Made by a program: the position numbers and the translations under genes
Part shown: positions 1-9,048 of the stretch, in pieces
Layout of the letters: every line of letters begins with the position of its first letter
Position numbering within the stretch: the stretch's first letter is position 1
The notes under the pieces: generated by a model
The model's database searches: none
Seen by the model: the letters and a program-made list of their open reading frames with translations, nothing else
Told to the model about the DNA's origin: nothing
NCBI GenBank assembly: GCA_025839675.1
Contig: CP104013.1
Location: 5,220,001-5,252,000, forward strand
Source of the DNA: Candidatus Lokiarchaeum ossiferum
GTDB lineage: Archaea; Asgardarchaeota; Lokiarchaeia; Sigyniarchaeales; Promethearchaeaceae
Length of the DNA: 32,000 nt
Direction: 5' to 3'

Positions 1-1
1 T

Positions 2-3000
2 GAAGACACTCTATTCAAAACTGGAGCGTATGATGAATATAACTTGGATAGTTTCTCTTGGAAAATTTCCGATCTTTTAGATAACAGAGCGGATATCTTG
101 GATATCGATGAAGTTAATGATTACAAATGGAAAATTAAATATCCTATAACAACATTGGAGAGTACCACCCCTGCAATGCCCACCATATCTCCTTCTCCCC
201 GAATCCAGCTTGATTCGTGGGAATCGACTCCAATCATTCCTTCGAATGATCCTGCCCCTATGAAAATGCAATCCAATATGGGTTCGGCTTATATGGAACT
301 CGAATATTCTCTTACCGATTTAAACAAACAAACAAATATAACTTATGATCTTCTGTACAATGGCGGCGATTATCATTCTCCGAGTTATTATGATAACGAC
401 ATTAGTATGTCACAATACGTTGGGACCTCTATTACTGTAGCAGCATGTTCCACAAGTCCTAAACAAGGTGAAACAAGTATTACGTGGACAGATTATCGTA
501 ATACTCACCCGAATTTTGATCAAGTTGTAAGCGATTTGGCATCTTATGCGGAATTTACTGCCGCTTCCAATATATATGAAAAAATGGAAGCCATTGTCAA
601 TTTTGTTGGAGCCAATTTTGTTTATGATCCCGCCAGTGGGTTTCGTCCCGATGAAAATGAAGATCCTTTAGAATGGTTTTGTGAAGGAAAGCAATCGGCA
701 ATGTCATTTGAATTTACTTACTTGACGGTGTCGTTAGCTCGATTAAATAATATTGCAGCAAAGTATGTGTCTGGCTATAAATATAACCCTCTTTTTGAGT
801 TTCAATACGGAGGGGCTTATTCTGATCCTTCTGAAGGGGGGGACGTCGCCTACCCTTATCGAGTTGGAAATTTATATTCATGGGTTGAAGCTTTTATTCC
901 TACCTCTACTACCACTGGTGATTGGGTCTCCTTTGACAATCGATTTGATGCTGAACCCATAATCCCTACTCCTGATGGAGTAAGGTTAAACCTTGATTTT
1001 GGAGGGGCAGCTACTTCAGATTTGGCTGGTGTCCCTCGATTTATTTCTGATTTTCCTCTTGTCGGAAATGTTATCCCTGTTGAATTGACCTATACAATGC
1101 AAGGGTCAGCAATCCAAAATCAGAAAATAACTGTCAGTGATACCACATATGGCGAAGTTATTGGCGATTTTTATACCGGTCAAGGTGGAATTGGAACTTA
1201 TGAGATTGAACTTGAAAATCTGGTCCCTGGTACCCATGTATTGAATTTCACAACTACTTATTTGGGATTATCCTTTGGAAATGTTTCGGTTATTAATGTC
1301 TTGGATGACGTCGAAGTTTATTCCACTTTGAGTGACGAATATATCGTGGCTCCCTCAAATCAAGATCAAAATATTGATATTGATGGTTATGTCTGGGATC
1401 CTGTCTTAGGAAAACCAATCAAAAGTGCTCAAGTATCCTTCACCGGGTTAATGCAACCTACTGAGTCTCAACCTACTGAAGAAGTTTTTAATCTTTCACC
1501 CAATATTACGACAACGGTAGAAAATGGTAATGATTACAATTTTACTCTTGCGGCATTGATTCCAGGATTTCCTGTTGAAGATTATGGAAGGGAATACAAA
1601 ATTGTGACTAACTTTGATGGAAAATTCGATCTTTCGGCTGAAATACTTCAATACGCTCTCCCTTATCAGCTCATTTTTGCCGATATTTTTGGAGGGGGAG
1701 AACAAATCTGTACCTTCGATCCCAATGCCAATTTGTCCTTAACAGTAAATAATACGGTTGAGATTTATGATGACGAATACCATCGTTATACTTTTTACAT
1801 TAATAACTCATATTCTGTTAATAACACAGTAGGTACTTATCCTACAGGGCCAACAATTGGAGAACGTGATGGATCCTTTAGTTTATATATCAACGCGACA
1901 ACCGTTTTGGGAACTGGAGGTGAACCCGGTCAAACTATCAATATTTATGATGAAACCGAATCAGATCGTCTAGTTACCTCATTTATTACTGATGGAACGG
2001 GATTTGGTGAAATTTCGCATGATATCGCTGCTGAAGCTGTAATTAACCCTGAATTTTGGACTGCTGGCCCTCATCTTCTTCGCATAGAATGGGATGAACG
2101 TGCTCTCACATGTTACTCAAAAATATGGATCATGGTTCAAGCTCCGATTTTCATAAATCAAACCACGGAATATTTTGTTGATGGGCAAGGGGGTATTTCC
2201 AATAATCGCTATCTTATCGATTCGGGATCTCCAGCTGATGCTGACGATCTTATTTTACAAGGAACGATTCAAGATAATATTACAGGCGAATTTATTCATG
2301 GGGCCCAGATATATTACCAGTTATTTGATAAATCCTGGAATTTATTACCTTCCACATCGCTAACCACCGGTAATACGGAGGAAATAGTTGGTGCTGCCGA
2401 AGATTTTTATTCCGAATCGTTCTATTTCTCGGGATTGCTTGATACTAATTTGGCTCCCATCAGAACAAACATCAATTTTTCAGGTGAATGGGCTGGTTTG
2501 GGAGATAATTGGAATATTTTGTGGAATTCTTTATGGGGATCCTATTTTGGTGGATTTAATCTTAATAATGATACGAGTGATGGAATCATCCTTCTTGCTG
2601 ATCCAACTGATTATGGAATATCTGGTTTTGTAAATTCTACTAATTTTAATGATTATGATGATGGACAAGTCAATAAGTATTCTACAGTTGTAATCTTAGG
2701 GGACACTCTCAATATTTCAAGTCGCATTTTGACTGATGGAATCCCATTACCCGATGCCGTTGTAACCTTGACAGATAATTCAACTTTTCCATTACAAACT
2801 CTTACGACTGGATCAGATGGTTGGGCCAACTTTTCTCTTCTTATATTCAATAATTCAATCGATCCTGGTGATCATGAATTCACGTTGACGATTACCTTTA
2901 CAAATGGATCCTTCACTTATGTAAACACCTCTATACTCGTAGTTGAGTTTAATCCTTTAATTGGGTTTAATTTTGCTGAACTTCTAAATGGTGCGGATTT

Positions 3001-6000
3001 CACCAGTTATCCTGGACAGATTTATCCTCAAGTGGTATCCATTGGTGACAACATTAATTTCACCGGAAATGTAACTTATACCAAAAATAGTATAATACAA
3101 CAAATTGCTAATGCTAATATATCAATTTATGATAATGGTGTTCTTCTTTACAGTATAATTTCTGATGGTACGGGAGTTTACAATAAGCAAATTATTTTCA
3201 ACAATACATTCACTGAAGGAACTCATATATTTAATTTATCTGTTGAATATAATGGTGGAAGTTTTATCTTTTATGATTCTGCTTTAATGAATGTCACATT
3301 TGATCCAGCTTTAAATTACGGAACAAATTTCTTAGTAGAAGGAATTAATATTGAATCTCTTTCTGCAAATAATTATCCGGTTATCCAATTATTGGGTGAT
3401 TATTTAGATCTTTCAACCTACTTCTTCTATAATGATCCGAGTTCACCTTTAAGTGGAGCTTCCATTACAATTACCGATTCAGTTGCAGGAGTTATAGATA
3501 CTGGTAGTACTGATGCTTCTGGTTATTACAATTTCTCTGTATTTTATGACAGTTCTGTTGCAATAGATCTTCATACGTATACCATTAGCTTGTCTTTTAG
3601 TAATGTTTCGTTTTCAATTGCTAATATCTCAATGGTAATTGTTGATTATCAACCCGCTAATGGATATGTATTCATTCCTCGTATTAATGAAGTTCCCTTT
3701 GATAGCTGGAATAGATATGATCCCCTAAATATTCAAGGACCACAAGATATCTTGAAAGTTTCTTGTGCTTTGTACTATAATTATTCAGGAACTTTGGTTG
3801 GTGTTTCTGGGGTATCTGTGTCTTTAACTCAAGCGGGTGCTAACGGAACAACAATTATTCCTGGCGCAACCGATGGAAACGGATATTTTAATTTTTCCCT
3901 CCAATTTTTAAAACCTGATGCAGCAAATGGATCATATTCCTTTGAATTTGATATTAGCATTACAAATGGAACTTACAGTACCTCCTTTAATAATTTAAGT
4001 TATGTTGAATATGATGAATCTTTACTACATCTGTTCTTAGTTTATTTCAATGATGTTCCTCTCGCTGATATTGGAGGTACTTATGGAGATATTCAACATG
4101 CTGGTGATGTTGTTAATATTTCGGTACAATTTCTCTACGATGAAGGGTCAGGATTAGTCGGTCAAGATGGAGTGACAGTCACCTTTAACATTCCGACTAA
4201 TGGATCCTTTATACCTCAAAATTATATCACCGATAGTAATGGGTGGGTGAATTTCTCCGTATTATTTGACGGGTCGTTTGCAGTCGCCTCCCACAATTTT
4301 AAACTTAGTATGGATAATTCTTCAGCAGAGTATGCATATCAAATTGTTGAAGAAGGAATATGTACTTTCGTTCTAAATCCCGAAGATGATTATACCTTCG
4401 CGCCATTAATAGAAGCAAATCCCTTCGCTAATTATGCACCTTTATACAATTTTGATGCTGTACAAGCCATTGGAGACACCGTTACAATTTCTGGAACACT
4501 TGTTAACTCCAGTACGAATATTCAAGGCGCAACTGTAACTCTTTCAAATTCTTCTGGTCCTATGTTTAGCACTAATACAGATTTAAGCGGTGCTTTTAGC
4601 TTTACAGTAGAATTTAATAATTCAATGGCTATTGGGTTGCAAACTTTTACCGTTGCCATAACCTATATTGATTATTATGGCTTTACTATTGATTTTTCCT
4701 CAAATATTAGAATCGATTTCGATCCTGAACTTGGTTATACATTAGTCGGAAAGGTTGAAGGTAGTGCCATTGCTGATGGAAACCCGTATGTTACTCCGCA
4801 AGAAGTTTCAGACCAATTAACCATAACGGCAGAATATCATTTCTTTGGCTCTGGCGTTGCAAATGTATTGGTGACACTTTCAAATAGTTCTGGTCCTATG
4901 TATACTTCTTTGACAAATGGAGCTGGCGTGGCAACATTTACAATTGAATTTAATAATACAATAAATCCGGGCATACAGACATATACATTAAGTTTGACTA
5001 TTTTAAATGGAACTTGTAGTGTATCAAATACCACCTCCTTTACTATTAATTATGATCCTCTCCTGAGTTATGATCTCGTAGCTCGAATTGATGGTGCTCC
5101 TTATAGTAATCCTGTTCCGAGTAAAAATATAAACGATACCGTAATATTTTCTTATCAACTAATGTTCGACATCGGAGTACCTACCGGTGTTAATACGGCA
5201 ACTGTAAGGTTGTATGTCGATGGAGGACTTTTCGGAACTAATAATACTGGTGTAGGAGGTATTTATACCATTCCCTATACTTTTGTGGATACAACTACGA
5301 CTGGGACTCAGACCTTCCGATTAGAATTAAGTTTTACAAATGGAACCATTATAATTGATGATTTTGAAGCAAATACCATTTATTTTGACCCCTTAGGTGG
5401 TATGACCTATTCTCCCTTAGTTGATGGTGGAAATGATTTTTCAACAACCATTACTAAAACAACTGGTCAATCTGTTATTTTTACCTATCAAATTCAAAAT
5501 AATGGCGTTGCTGTGAGTGGCGTCACCGTTTCGCTTGATGGAGGTCCTTCTGGGAGCACTTTAACTGCCGATACAAATGGTGCGGGAATTGCCACCTTTA
5601 CTATTGCTTTTACGACTGCGATTAACCCCGGACCTTATTATTTCACAATCAGCTTTTCTCACACTTTCGGGATACATCCTGCTGTGGGAACTACAGAAAG
5701 TGTGTGGGTTGTATATGAAGATGCGTTAACTATTACGTATACTAATCCGGGTACAATTGAATTTACTACTGCTAATGATGCATCAGGATTTTCACTTAAT
5801 GGATTAATGGAAGCTTCAAGTAACCGCCCCTTAGTGAATGGAGGTCTTTTAATTGTGACGATAAATAATCCTTCTGCCACGGATGTAACGGATCAATTCA
5901 CGATTATTGGATTGGATTCTTATAATCCACTTGATGGATCATTCTCCATATCTGTTGATCAACTAGTTTCTGCAACCTTGGATGTTGGAAATTATAGTCT

Positions 6001-6433
6001 AATTATTTCTTATTCTGGTGATTTAACGACTGGGCCAGGTGGTTATAGTTATTCTTCAAATCCTTCCAGTTCCGCTTTTGTTTTTGGAGTTTTTGATAAT
6101 CCAGTTATATCGTCCTCTTGGACTCATAATTTGGATCTTCCATACTTTTTACCTAATGTTGCTGGAACTTGGAGCCAAATAAATATTACTGGAGAGCTGA
6201 ATTATTCAAATTCTTCTAATGTGAATATTGATGGACTTGCTATTGAAATATCTATTTACAGTAATAATGGTTTAGTTGAGACGATTACTGTTTATACAGA
6301 TGTTTTTGGTAATTTTGAACTCCTTGATTATGGGGTCACTGAAAACTATTTATATTATACAATTGATTTTGCAGGAAGCACAGATGATTTTCTCTACCCT
6401 GTAGAGGAAACAACGAACTTTACATTTGTATAA
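2..6433 (+). CDS. Giant surface protein (>2,140 aa, N-terminus outside the window): transglutaminase-like core followed by a long array of beta-sandwich (CarboxypepD_reg/Ig-like) modules
   Basis: Uninterrupted 6.4-kb ORF in an AT-rich background. The frame is open from nt 2 (gaa gac act cta ttc aaa act gga gcg tat gat gaa tat aac TTG), so the TTG at 44 is probably internal. Residues ~170-300 match the transglutaminase-core pattern by eye (AMSFEFTYLTVSLARLNNIAAKYVSGY ... YSWVEAF ... WVSFD). The rest is Thr/Asn/Ser-rich with recurring T(D/N)xxG(W/Y/A)xxF(S/T) anchors. About 55 N-x-S/T sequons by hand count. Stop TAA at 6431-6433. Confidence 0.85.
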   Translation, partial: EDTLFKTGAYDEYNLDSFSWKISDLLDNRADILDIDEVNDYKWKIKYPITTLESTTPAMPTISPSPRIQLDSWESTPIIPSNDPAPMKMQSNMGSAYMELEYSLTDLNKQTNITYDLLYNGGDYHSPSYYDNDISMSQYVGTSITVAACSTSPKQGETSITWTDYRNTHPNFDQVVSDLASYAEFTAASNIYEKMEAIVNFVGANFVYDPASGFRPDENEDPLEWFCEGKQSAMSFEFTYLTVSLARLNNIAAKYVSGYKYNPLFEFQYGGAYSDPSEGGDVAYPYRVGNLYSWVEAFIPTSTTTGDWVSFDNRFDAEPIIPTPDGVRLNLDFGGAATSDLAGVPRFISDFPLVGNVIPVELTYTMQGSAIQNQKITVSDTTYGEVIGDFYTGQGGIGTYEIELENLVPGTHVLNFTTTYLGLSFGNVSVINVLDDVEVYSTLSDEYIVAPSNQDQNIDIDGYVWDPVLGKPIKSAQVSFTGLMQPTESQPTEEVFNLSPNITTTVENGNDYNFTLAALIPGFPVEDYGREYKIVTNFDGKFDLSAEILQYALPYQLIFADIFGGGEQICTFDPNANLSLTVNNTVEIYDDEYHRYTFYINNSYSVNNTVGTYPTGPTIGERDGSFSLYINATTVLGTGGEPGQTINIYDETESDRLVTSFITDGTGFGEISHDIAAEAVINPEFWTAGPHLLRIEWDERALTCYSKIWIMVQAPIFINQTTEYFVDGQGGISNNRYLIDSGSPADADDLILQGTIQDNITGEFIHGAQIYYQLFDKSWNLLPSTSLTTGNTEEIVGAAEDFYSESFYFSGLLDTNLAPIRTNINFSGEWAGLGDNWNILWNSLWGSYFGGFNLNNDTSDGIILLADPTDYGISGFVNSTNFNDYDDGQVNKYSTVVILGDTLNISSRILTDGIPLPDAVVTLTDNSTFPLQTLTTGSDGWANFSLLIFNNSIDPGDHEFTLTITFTNGSFTYVNTSILVVEFNPLIGFNFAELLNGADFTSYPGQIYPQVVSIGDNINFTGNVTYTKNSIIQQIANANISIYDNGVLLYSIISDGTGVYNKQIIFNNTFTEGTHIFNLSVEYNGGSFIFYDSALMNVTFDPALNYGTNFLVEGINIESLSANNYPVIQLLGDYLDLSTYFFYNDPSSPLSGASITITDSVAGVIDTGSTDASGYYNFSVFYDSSVAIDLHTYTISLSFSNVSFSIANISMVIVDYQPANGYVFIPRINEVPFDSWNRYDPLNIQGPQDILKVSCALYYNYSGTLVGVSGVSVSLTQAGANGTTIIPGATDGNGYFNFSLQFLKPDAANGSYSFEFDISITNGTYSTSFNNLSYVEYDESLLHLFLVYFNDVPLADIGGTYGDIQHAGDVVNISVQFLYDEGSGLVGQDGVTVTFNIPTNGSFIPQNYITDSNGWVNFSVLFDGSFAVASHNFKLSMDNSSAEYAYQIVEEGICTFVLNPEDDYTFAPLIEANPFANYAPLYNFDAVQAIGDTVTISGTLVNSSTNIQGATVTLSNSSGPMFSTNTDLSGAFSFTVEFNNSMAIGLQTFTVAITYIDYYGFTIDFSSNIRIDFDPELGYTLVGKVEGSAIADGNPYVTPQEVSDQLTITAEYHFFGSGVANVLVTLSNSSGPMYTSLTNGAGVATFTIEFNNTINPGIQTYTLSLTILNGTCSVSNTTSFTINYDPLLSYDLVARIDGAPYSNPVPSKNINDTVIFSYQLMFDIGVPTGVNTATVRLYVDGGLFGTNNTGVGGIYTIPYTFVDTTTTGTQTFRLELSFTNGTIIIDDFEANTIYFDPLGGMTYSPLVDGGNDFSTTITKTTGQSVIFTYQIQNNGVAVSGVTVSLDGGPSGSTLTADTNGAGIATFTIAFTTAINPGPYYFTISFSHTFGIHPAVGTTESVWVVYEDALTITYTNPGTIEFTTANDASGFSLNGLMEASSNRPLVNGGLLIVTINNPSATDVTDQFTIIGLDSYNPLDGSFSISVDQLVSATLDVGNYSLIISYSGDLTTGPGGYSYSSNPSSSAFVFGVFDNPVISSSWTHNLDLPYFLPNVAGTWSQINITGELNYSNSSNVNIDGLAIEISIYSNNGLVETITVYTDVFGNFELLDYGVTENYLYYTIDFAGSTDDFLYPVEETTNFTFV
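2681..5743 (+). repeat. Protein-level tandem array of nine ~110-120-aa beta-sandwich modules inside the giant gene
   Basis: Anchor glycines of the (T/S)(D/N)xxG-aromatic-x-x-F motif fall at aa 926, 1044, 1160, 1280, 1400, 1516, 1628, 1739 and 1848. Spacings are 118, 116, 120, 120, 116, 112, 111 and 109. DNA-level identity is low except for short stretches such as ttctggtcctatgt, shared by the modules starting near 4550 and 4885. Confidence 0.75.
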
Positions 6434-6434
6434 A

Positions 6435-6440
6435 GAGGTG
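6435..6440 (+). promoter_or_regulatory. Shine-Dalgarno-like box (GAGGTG) for the 839-aa gene
   Basis: Located 10 nt upstream of ATG 6451 and 1 nt after the giant gene's stop, which suggests translational coupling. Confidence 0.5.
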
Positions 6441-6450
6441 AATATGATAG

Positions 6451-8970
6451 ATGAACTTAAAGAAACATAAAAACAACGATAAATTGAAATCTATAAGTGT
6501 ATTAGCTACAATGATTCTAATAGGATGTTCTCTTGTTTTTCAAAATGCTATTCAGTTGTCAGCTATTGAAAAGCTAGACGACACTGAGGATTTTTATACA
6601 AATATTGACTTGTCAGTCACCCCCAAATCTGCAGATTCTTCCACTATAAGAGTATATCTATTATCTATTAATCAAACCCATACAAATCGCGGTAAAAATC
6701 TCACGTTTACAGGGTATGTAGAAAAAGTTTCGGGAATTGTTCAAATTGATCCTCTCATTCTCTCCTATAGTAATGAAAGTGGAATTGATGTTTTTCCAAT
6801 AATAGATGGTCATGCTTGTGATGGAAGCGATGGAAATACTATCTTATATCCAAATTTAACTACAAAAACTTCCAATATAAATGGGGATGATGGACAATTT
6901 AGTTTTTCTTATCAAGTGGATTCTTCTTATGATATTGATCAAAACATGATAATAAATGCGAACTGTACAACAGTAGAAGCTGATAATACGTATTTTGGAC
7001 CTGATTCAATAATGAATAGTTCTTTCGTACACGATATCACTGTTGAAACTTTCATTGATATAGATACAAATATTCTTAGTCCTCTTTATGATGGTAATAT
7101 CTTTTATGTCAATTATTCTATTATAGATAATTTGGGAACTTCTCTCGATTTTATTTCTGAGAACATAACAATTTATCGAAACAATTCTTTGGGGGATGAA
7201 CTATTGAATATCACAGAATACAATGTCGACTATCTTACACAGAACGTGAGCATCTCCTATACGCGAGGAACAACGGATATTGGTGTTCATTTTAATGGAA
7301 TTAACGAAACACTTACTAATGGGGAGACTTATTATCAGTATGGTGAATGTAATGCTTCCACGGTTGTGGAATACCTAACTGCACGTGTATTTTTACTTTC
7401 TATGAATCAAACCCACACGCTTAGGGGTAATTCCTTCACTTATTCTGGATATACTCAACAATTAATTAATAACCAGTTTGTCAATATGACGGGTATTGAA
7501 GTTTATCCCATCATTGATGGTAACCATCTTCCGGGGAATTCTATCATTTCTGGGTCTGATGGGTTATTTTCATTTACCGTAAATGTTGCAGCCGATTATG
7601 ATAACACTGTGGATATGACTTTAAATGCAAATATTACTGAAAATATTGGAGATAATGTGATTGTTGGGGTAAGCTCTATCGCTAATTCATCTCTTATCCA
7701 AGATATAACTTCACGAACGAATTTGTCGATTCTCATTGACAATTCCATTCCAAAATTGATCGGCGATGAATTCGATTTAGAAATTACTCTCACCGATGAA
7801 TTGGGTGGCATTTTCACTATTCCAACAAATCGCTTTGAACTTTATCGAAATAGGAATCTTACTTCCACTCTTAGTCAAACAGGAATTAATATTGAAGCTT
7901 TGGATAGCACGGTGTTAATTCAAAACATTGTCCAAGAGAATGGGATGGAACATATAGGAGTTCACTTTCTAGGGGTGCCAACAACTAAACCTGGACAATC
8001 ATATTTAGAGTATCAAGCCTTCAATGCTTCCACATTTATACGAAGGGTTCAAGCAATTAATGGTTCGTTTAGTTTTGCAAACGCGGTACGAAACACGACT
8101 CTTCCCTATGTGTTTACTCAAGGTGATGTTTTCCTAAATGGGACTATTTCTATGGATGAAAATTATACTGTTGTGTCTCAAACTGTGGATTTCTACTTAA
8201 ATGGGCAGTTTATCGGATACACAGAAACCAATGCCGAAGGATACTTTGAATTTACCTTCAACCTTGCAGAAGAAGGATTTGCTGTAAATACTTCTATCGA
8301 TGCTTGTGTAATTACCCTTAATTTACGGAACATGGATTCTGAATATTTGGGGTCAAATACTTCCACCTCAATCAATACTATTACCCTAACAATTGAGGAT
8401 GGGGTGCCGTATGTGGCGCCAACTAACACATCTTTGATAGCGGGGGATGTTCCCTTAAAATGGATGAATATTGTCTACGTGGGATTGGGGGTGGTAGCCC
8501 TTGTTGTGGGTTTAGTCATCTTCCAACGTCAACGGATGGATCGATCTTCTAAAAGGGATCGTAAGTTGCGAAAGGTGGATTATTCCCGATTTGAAAATGT
8601 GAATGTCTTATATAATCAAGGGCGGAGACGGGAAGCAATTGCCTATACCTACAAAATCTTCGCTGATTTGATTAATGAAAAATATGGGTTGGTTAGAGAA
8701 GAACATGAAACGATTCGAGTGTTTGCGATTACTTGTGTCACGAAATATGGGCTCGATCCTATGCGAACGTATCCGTATTTAGCGCTCGTTGAAAATATTG
8801 TTTATGGGTTTTACGATTTAAATCTTGAAGCGTTTAAAAAATCAATGCTGGTGTTTGGAAGAGTTTTCCAAGAAATCACGGGAACAATGTTAGAATTTAC
8901 GTTAATTGAGAGTTCAGACGGTGGATTAGAATCTGAACAAACTTTAAAAATTGGAGCGGTGAGTGAATAA
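6451..8970 (+). CDS. Type-I membrane surface protein (839 aa): N-terminal signal/anchor, internally duplicated sequon-rich ectodomain, one TM helix, cytoplasmic DUF4129-like tail
   Basis: ATG lies 10 nt after a GAGGTG box. K-rich n-region plus hydrophobic ISVLATMILIGCSLVF. Two ~230-aa repeat units. TM helix WMNIVYVGLGVVALVVGLVIFQ (nt 8461-8526) followed by an R/K-rich stop-transfer. The tail REAIAYTYKIFADLINEKYGL...YPYLALVENIVYG fits the DUF4129 helical pattern. Confidence 0.8.
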   Translation: MNLKKHKNNDKLKSISVLATMILIGCSLVFQNAIQLSAIEKLDDTEDFYTNIDLSVTPKSADSSTIRVYLLSINQTHTNRGKNLTFTGYVEKVSGIVQIDPLILSYSNESGIDVFPIIDGHACDGSDGNTILYPNLTTKTSNINGDDGQFSFSYQVDSSYDIDQNMIINANCTTVEADNTYFGPDSIMNSSFVHDITVETFIDIDTNILSPLYDGNIFYVNYSIIDNLGTSLDFISENITIYRNNSLGDELLNITEYNVDYLTQNVSISYTRGTTDIGVHFNGINETLTNGETYYQYGECNASTVVEYLTARVFLLSMNQTHTLRGNSFTYSGYTQQLINNQFVNMTGIEVYPIIDGNHLPGNSIISGSDGLFSFTVNVAADYDNTVDMTLNANITENIGDNVIVGVSSIANSSLIQDITSRTNLSILIDNSIPKLIGDEFDLEITLTDELGGIFTIPTNRFELYRNRNLTSTLSQTGINIEALDSTVLIQNIVQENGMEHIGVHFLGVPTTKPGQSYLEYQAFNASTFIRRVQAINGSFSFANAVRNTTLPYVFTQGDVFLNGTISMDENYTVVSQTVDFYLNGQFIGYTETNAEGYFEFTFNLAEEGFAVNTSIDACVITLNLRNMDSEYLGSNTSTSINTITLTIEDGVPYVAPTNTSLIAGDVPLKWMNIVYVGLGVVALVVGLVIFQRQRMDRSSKRDRKLRKVDYSRFENVNVLYNQGRRREAIAYTYKIFADLINEKYGLVREEHETIRVFAITCVTKYGLDPMRTYPYLALVENIVYGFYDLNLEAFKKSMLVFGRVFQEITGTMLEFTLIESSDGGLESEQTLKIGAVSE
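6640..8046 (+). repeat. Internal duplication of a ~230-aa ectodomain unit in the 839-aa protein
   Basis: Matching landmark pairs: STIRVYLLSINQTHTNRGKNLTFTGY / TARVFLLSMNQTHTLRGNSFTYSGY; VFPIIDGH / VYPIIDGNH; GDDGQFSFSYQV...INANCT / GSDGLFSFTVNV...LNANIT; IGVHFNGI / IGVHFLGV; YGECNAST / YQAFNAST. Confidence 0.8.
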
Positions 8971-9037
8971 ATCCCCCCCATAAAAATAATCTCCAAGTGA
9001 GCTAAAACATTTAAGTGAAAAAATAAAAGAGAATCAT

Positions 9038-9042
9038 AGGTG
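9038..9042 (+). promoter_or_regulatory. Shine-Dalgarno-like box (AGGTG) for the 119-aa gene
   Basis: Located 6 nt upstream of ATG 9049. Confidence 0.45.
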
Positions 9043-9048
9043 TAAATT

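Noticed and set aside
2681-5743. Possibility that the periodic signal here (and at 23948-24700) is a DNA tandem repeat or CRISPR-like array
   Set aside because: The periodicity exists at protein level only. The units are 330-360 nt (or ~60-75 nt for TSP3) with low nucleotide identity, they are in frame in one long ORF, and there is no repeat-spacer architecture.
77-5880. Eight short ORFs (60-81 aa) on both strands nested inside the giant gene (77-271, 753-962, 1496-1705, 2175-2363, 2388-2633, 2653-2850, 4837-5034, 5659-5880)
   Set aside because: All are fully embedded in a 6.4-kb ORF with clear domain content. Their translations are low-complexity or hydrophobic noise with no motifs or ribosome-binding boxes. 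I treat them as frame shadows.
6517-6528. Lipobox-like L-I-G-C (aa 23-26) in the signal region of the 839-aa protein
   Set aside because: The match to [LVI][ASTVI][GAS]C is real. However, the hydrophobic stretch continues past the Cys (CSLVF), so a plain signal anchor is equally likely. I cannot distinguish the two without a predictor, and lipoprotein processing in the presumed lineage is uncertain.
8973-8979. C7 homopolymer just after the 839-aa gene stop, unusual in this AT-rich sequence
   Set aside because: It is a single short homopolymer with no partner G-run nearby to form a structure. There is no evidence of function or phase variation, since it lies outside the coding sequence.
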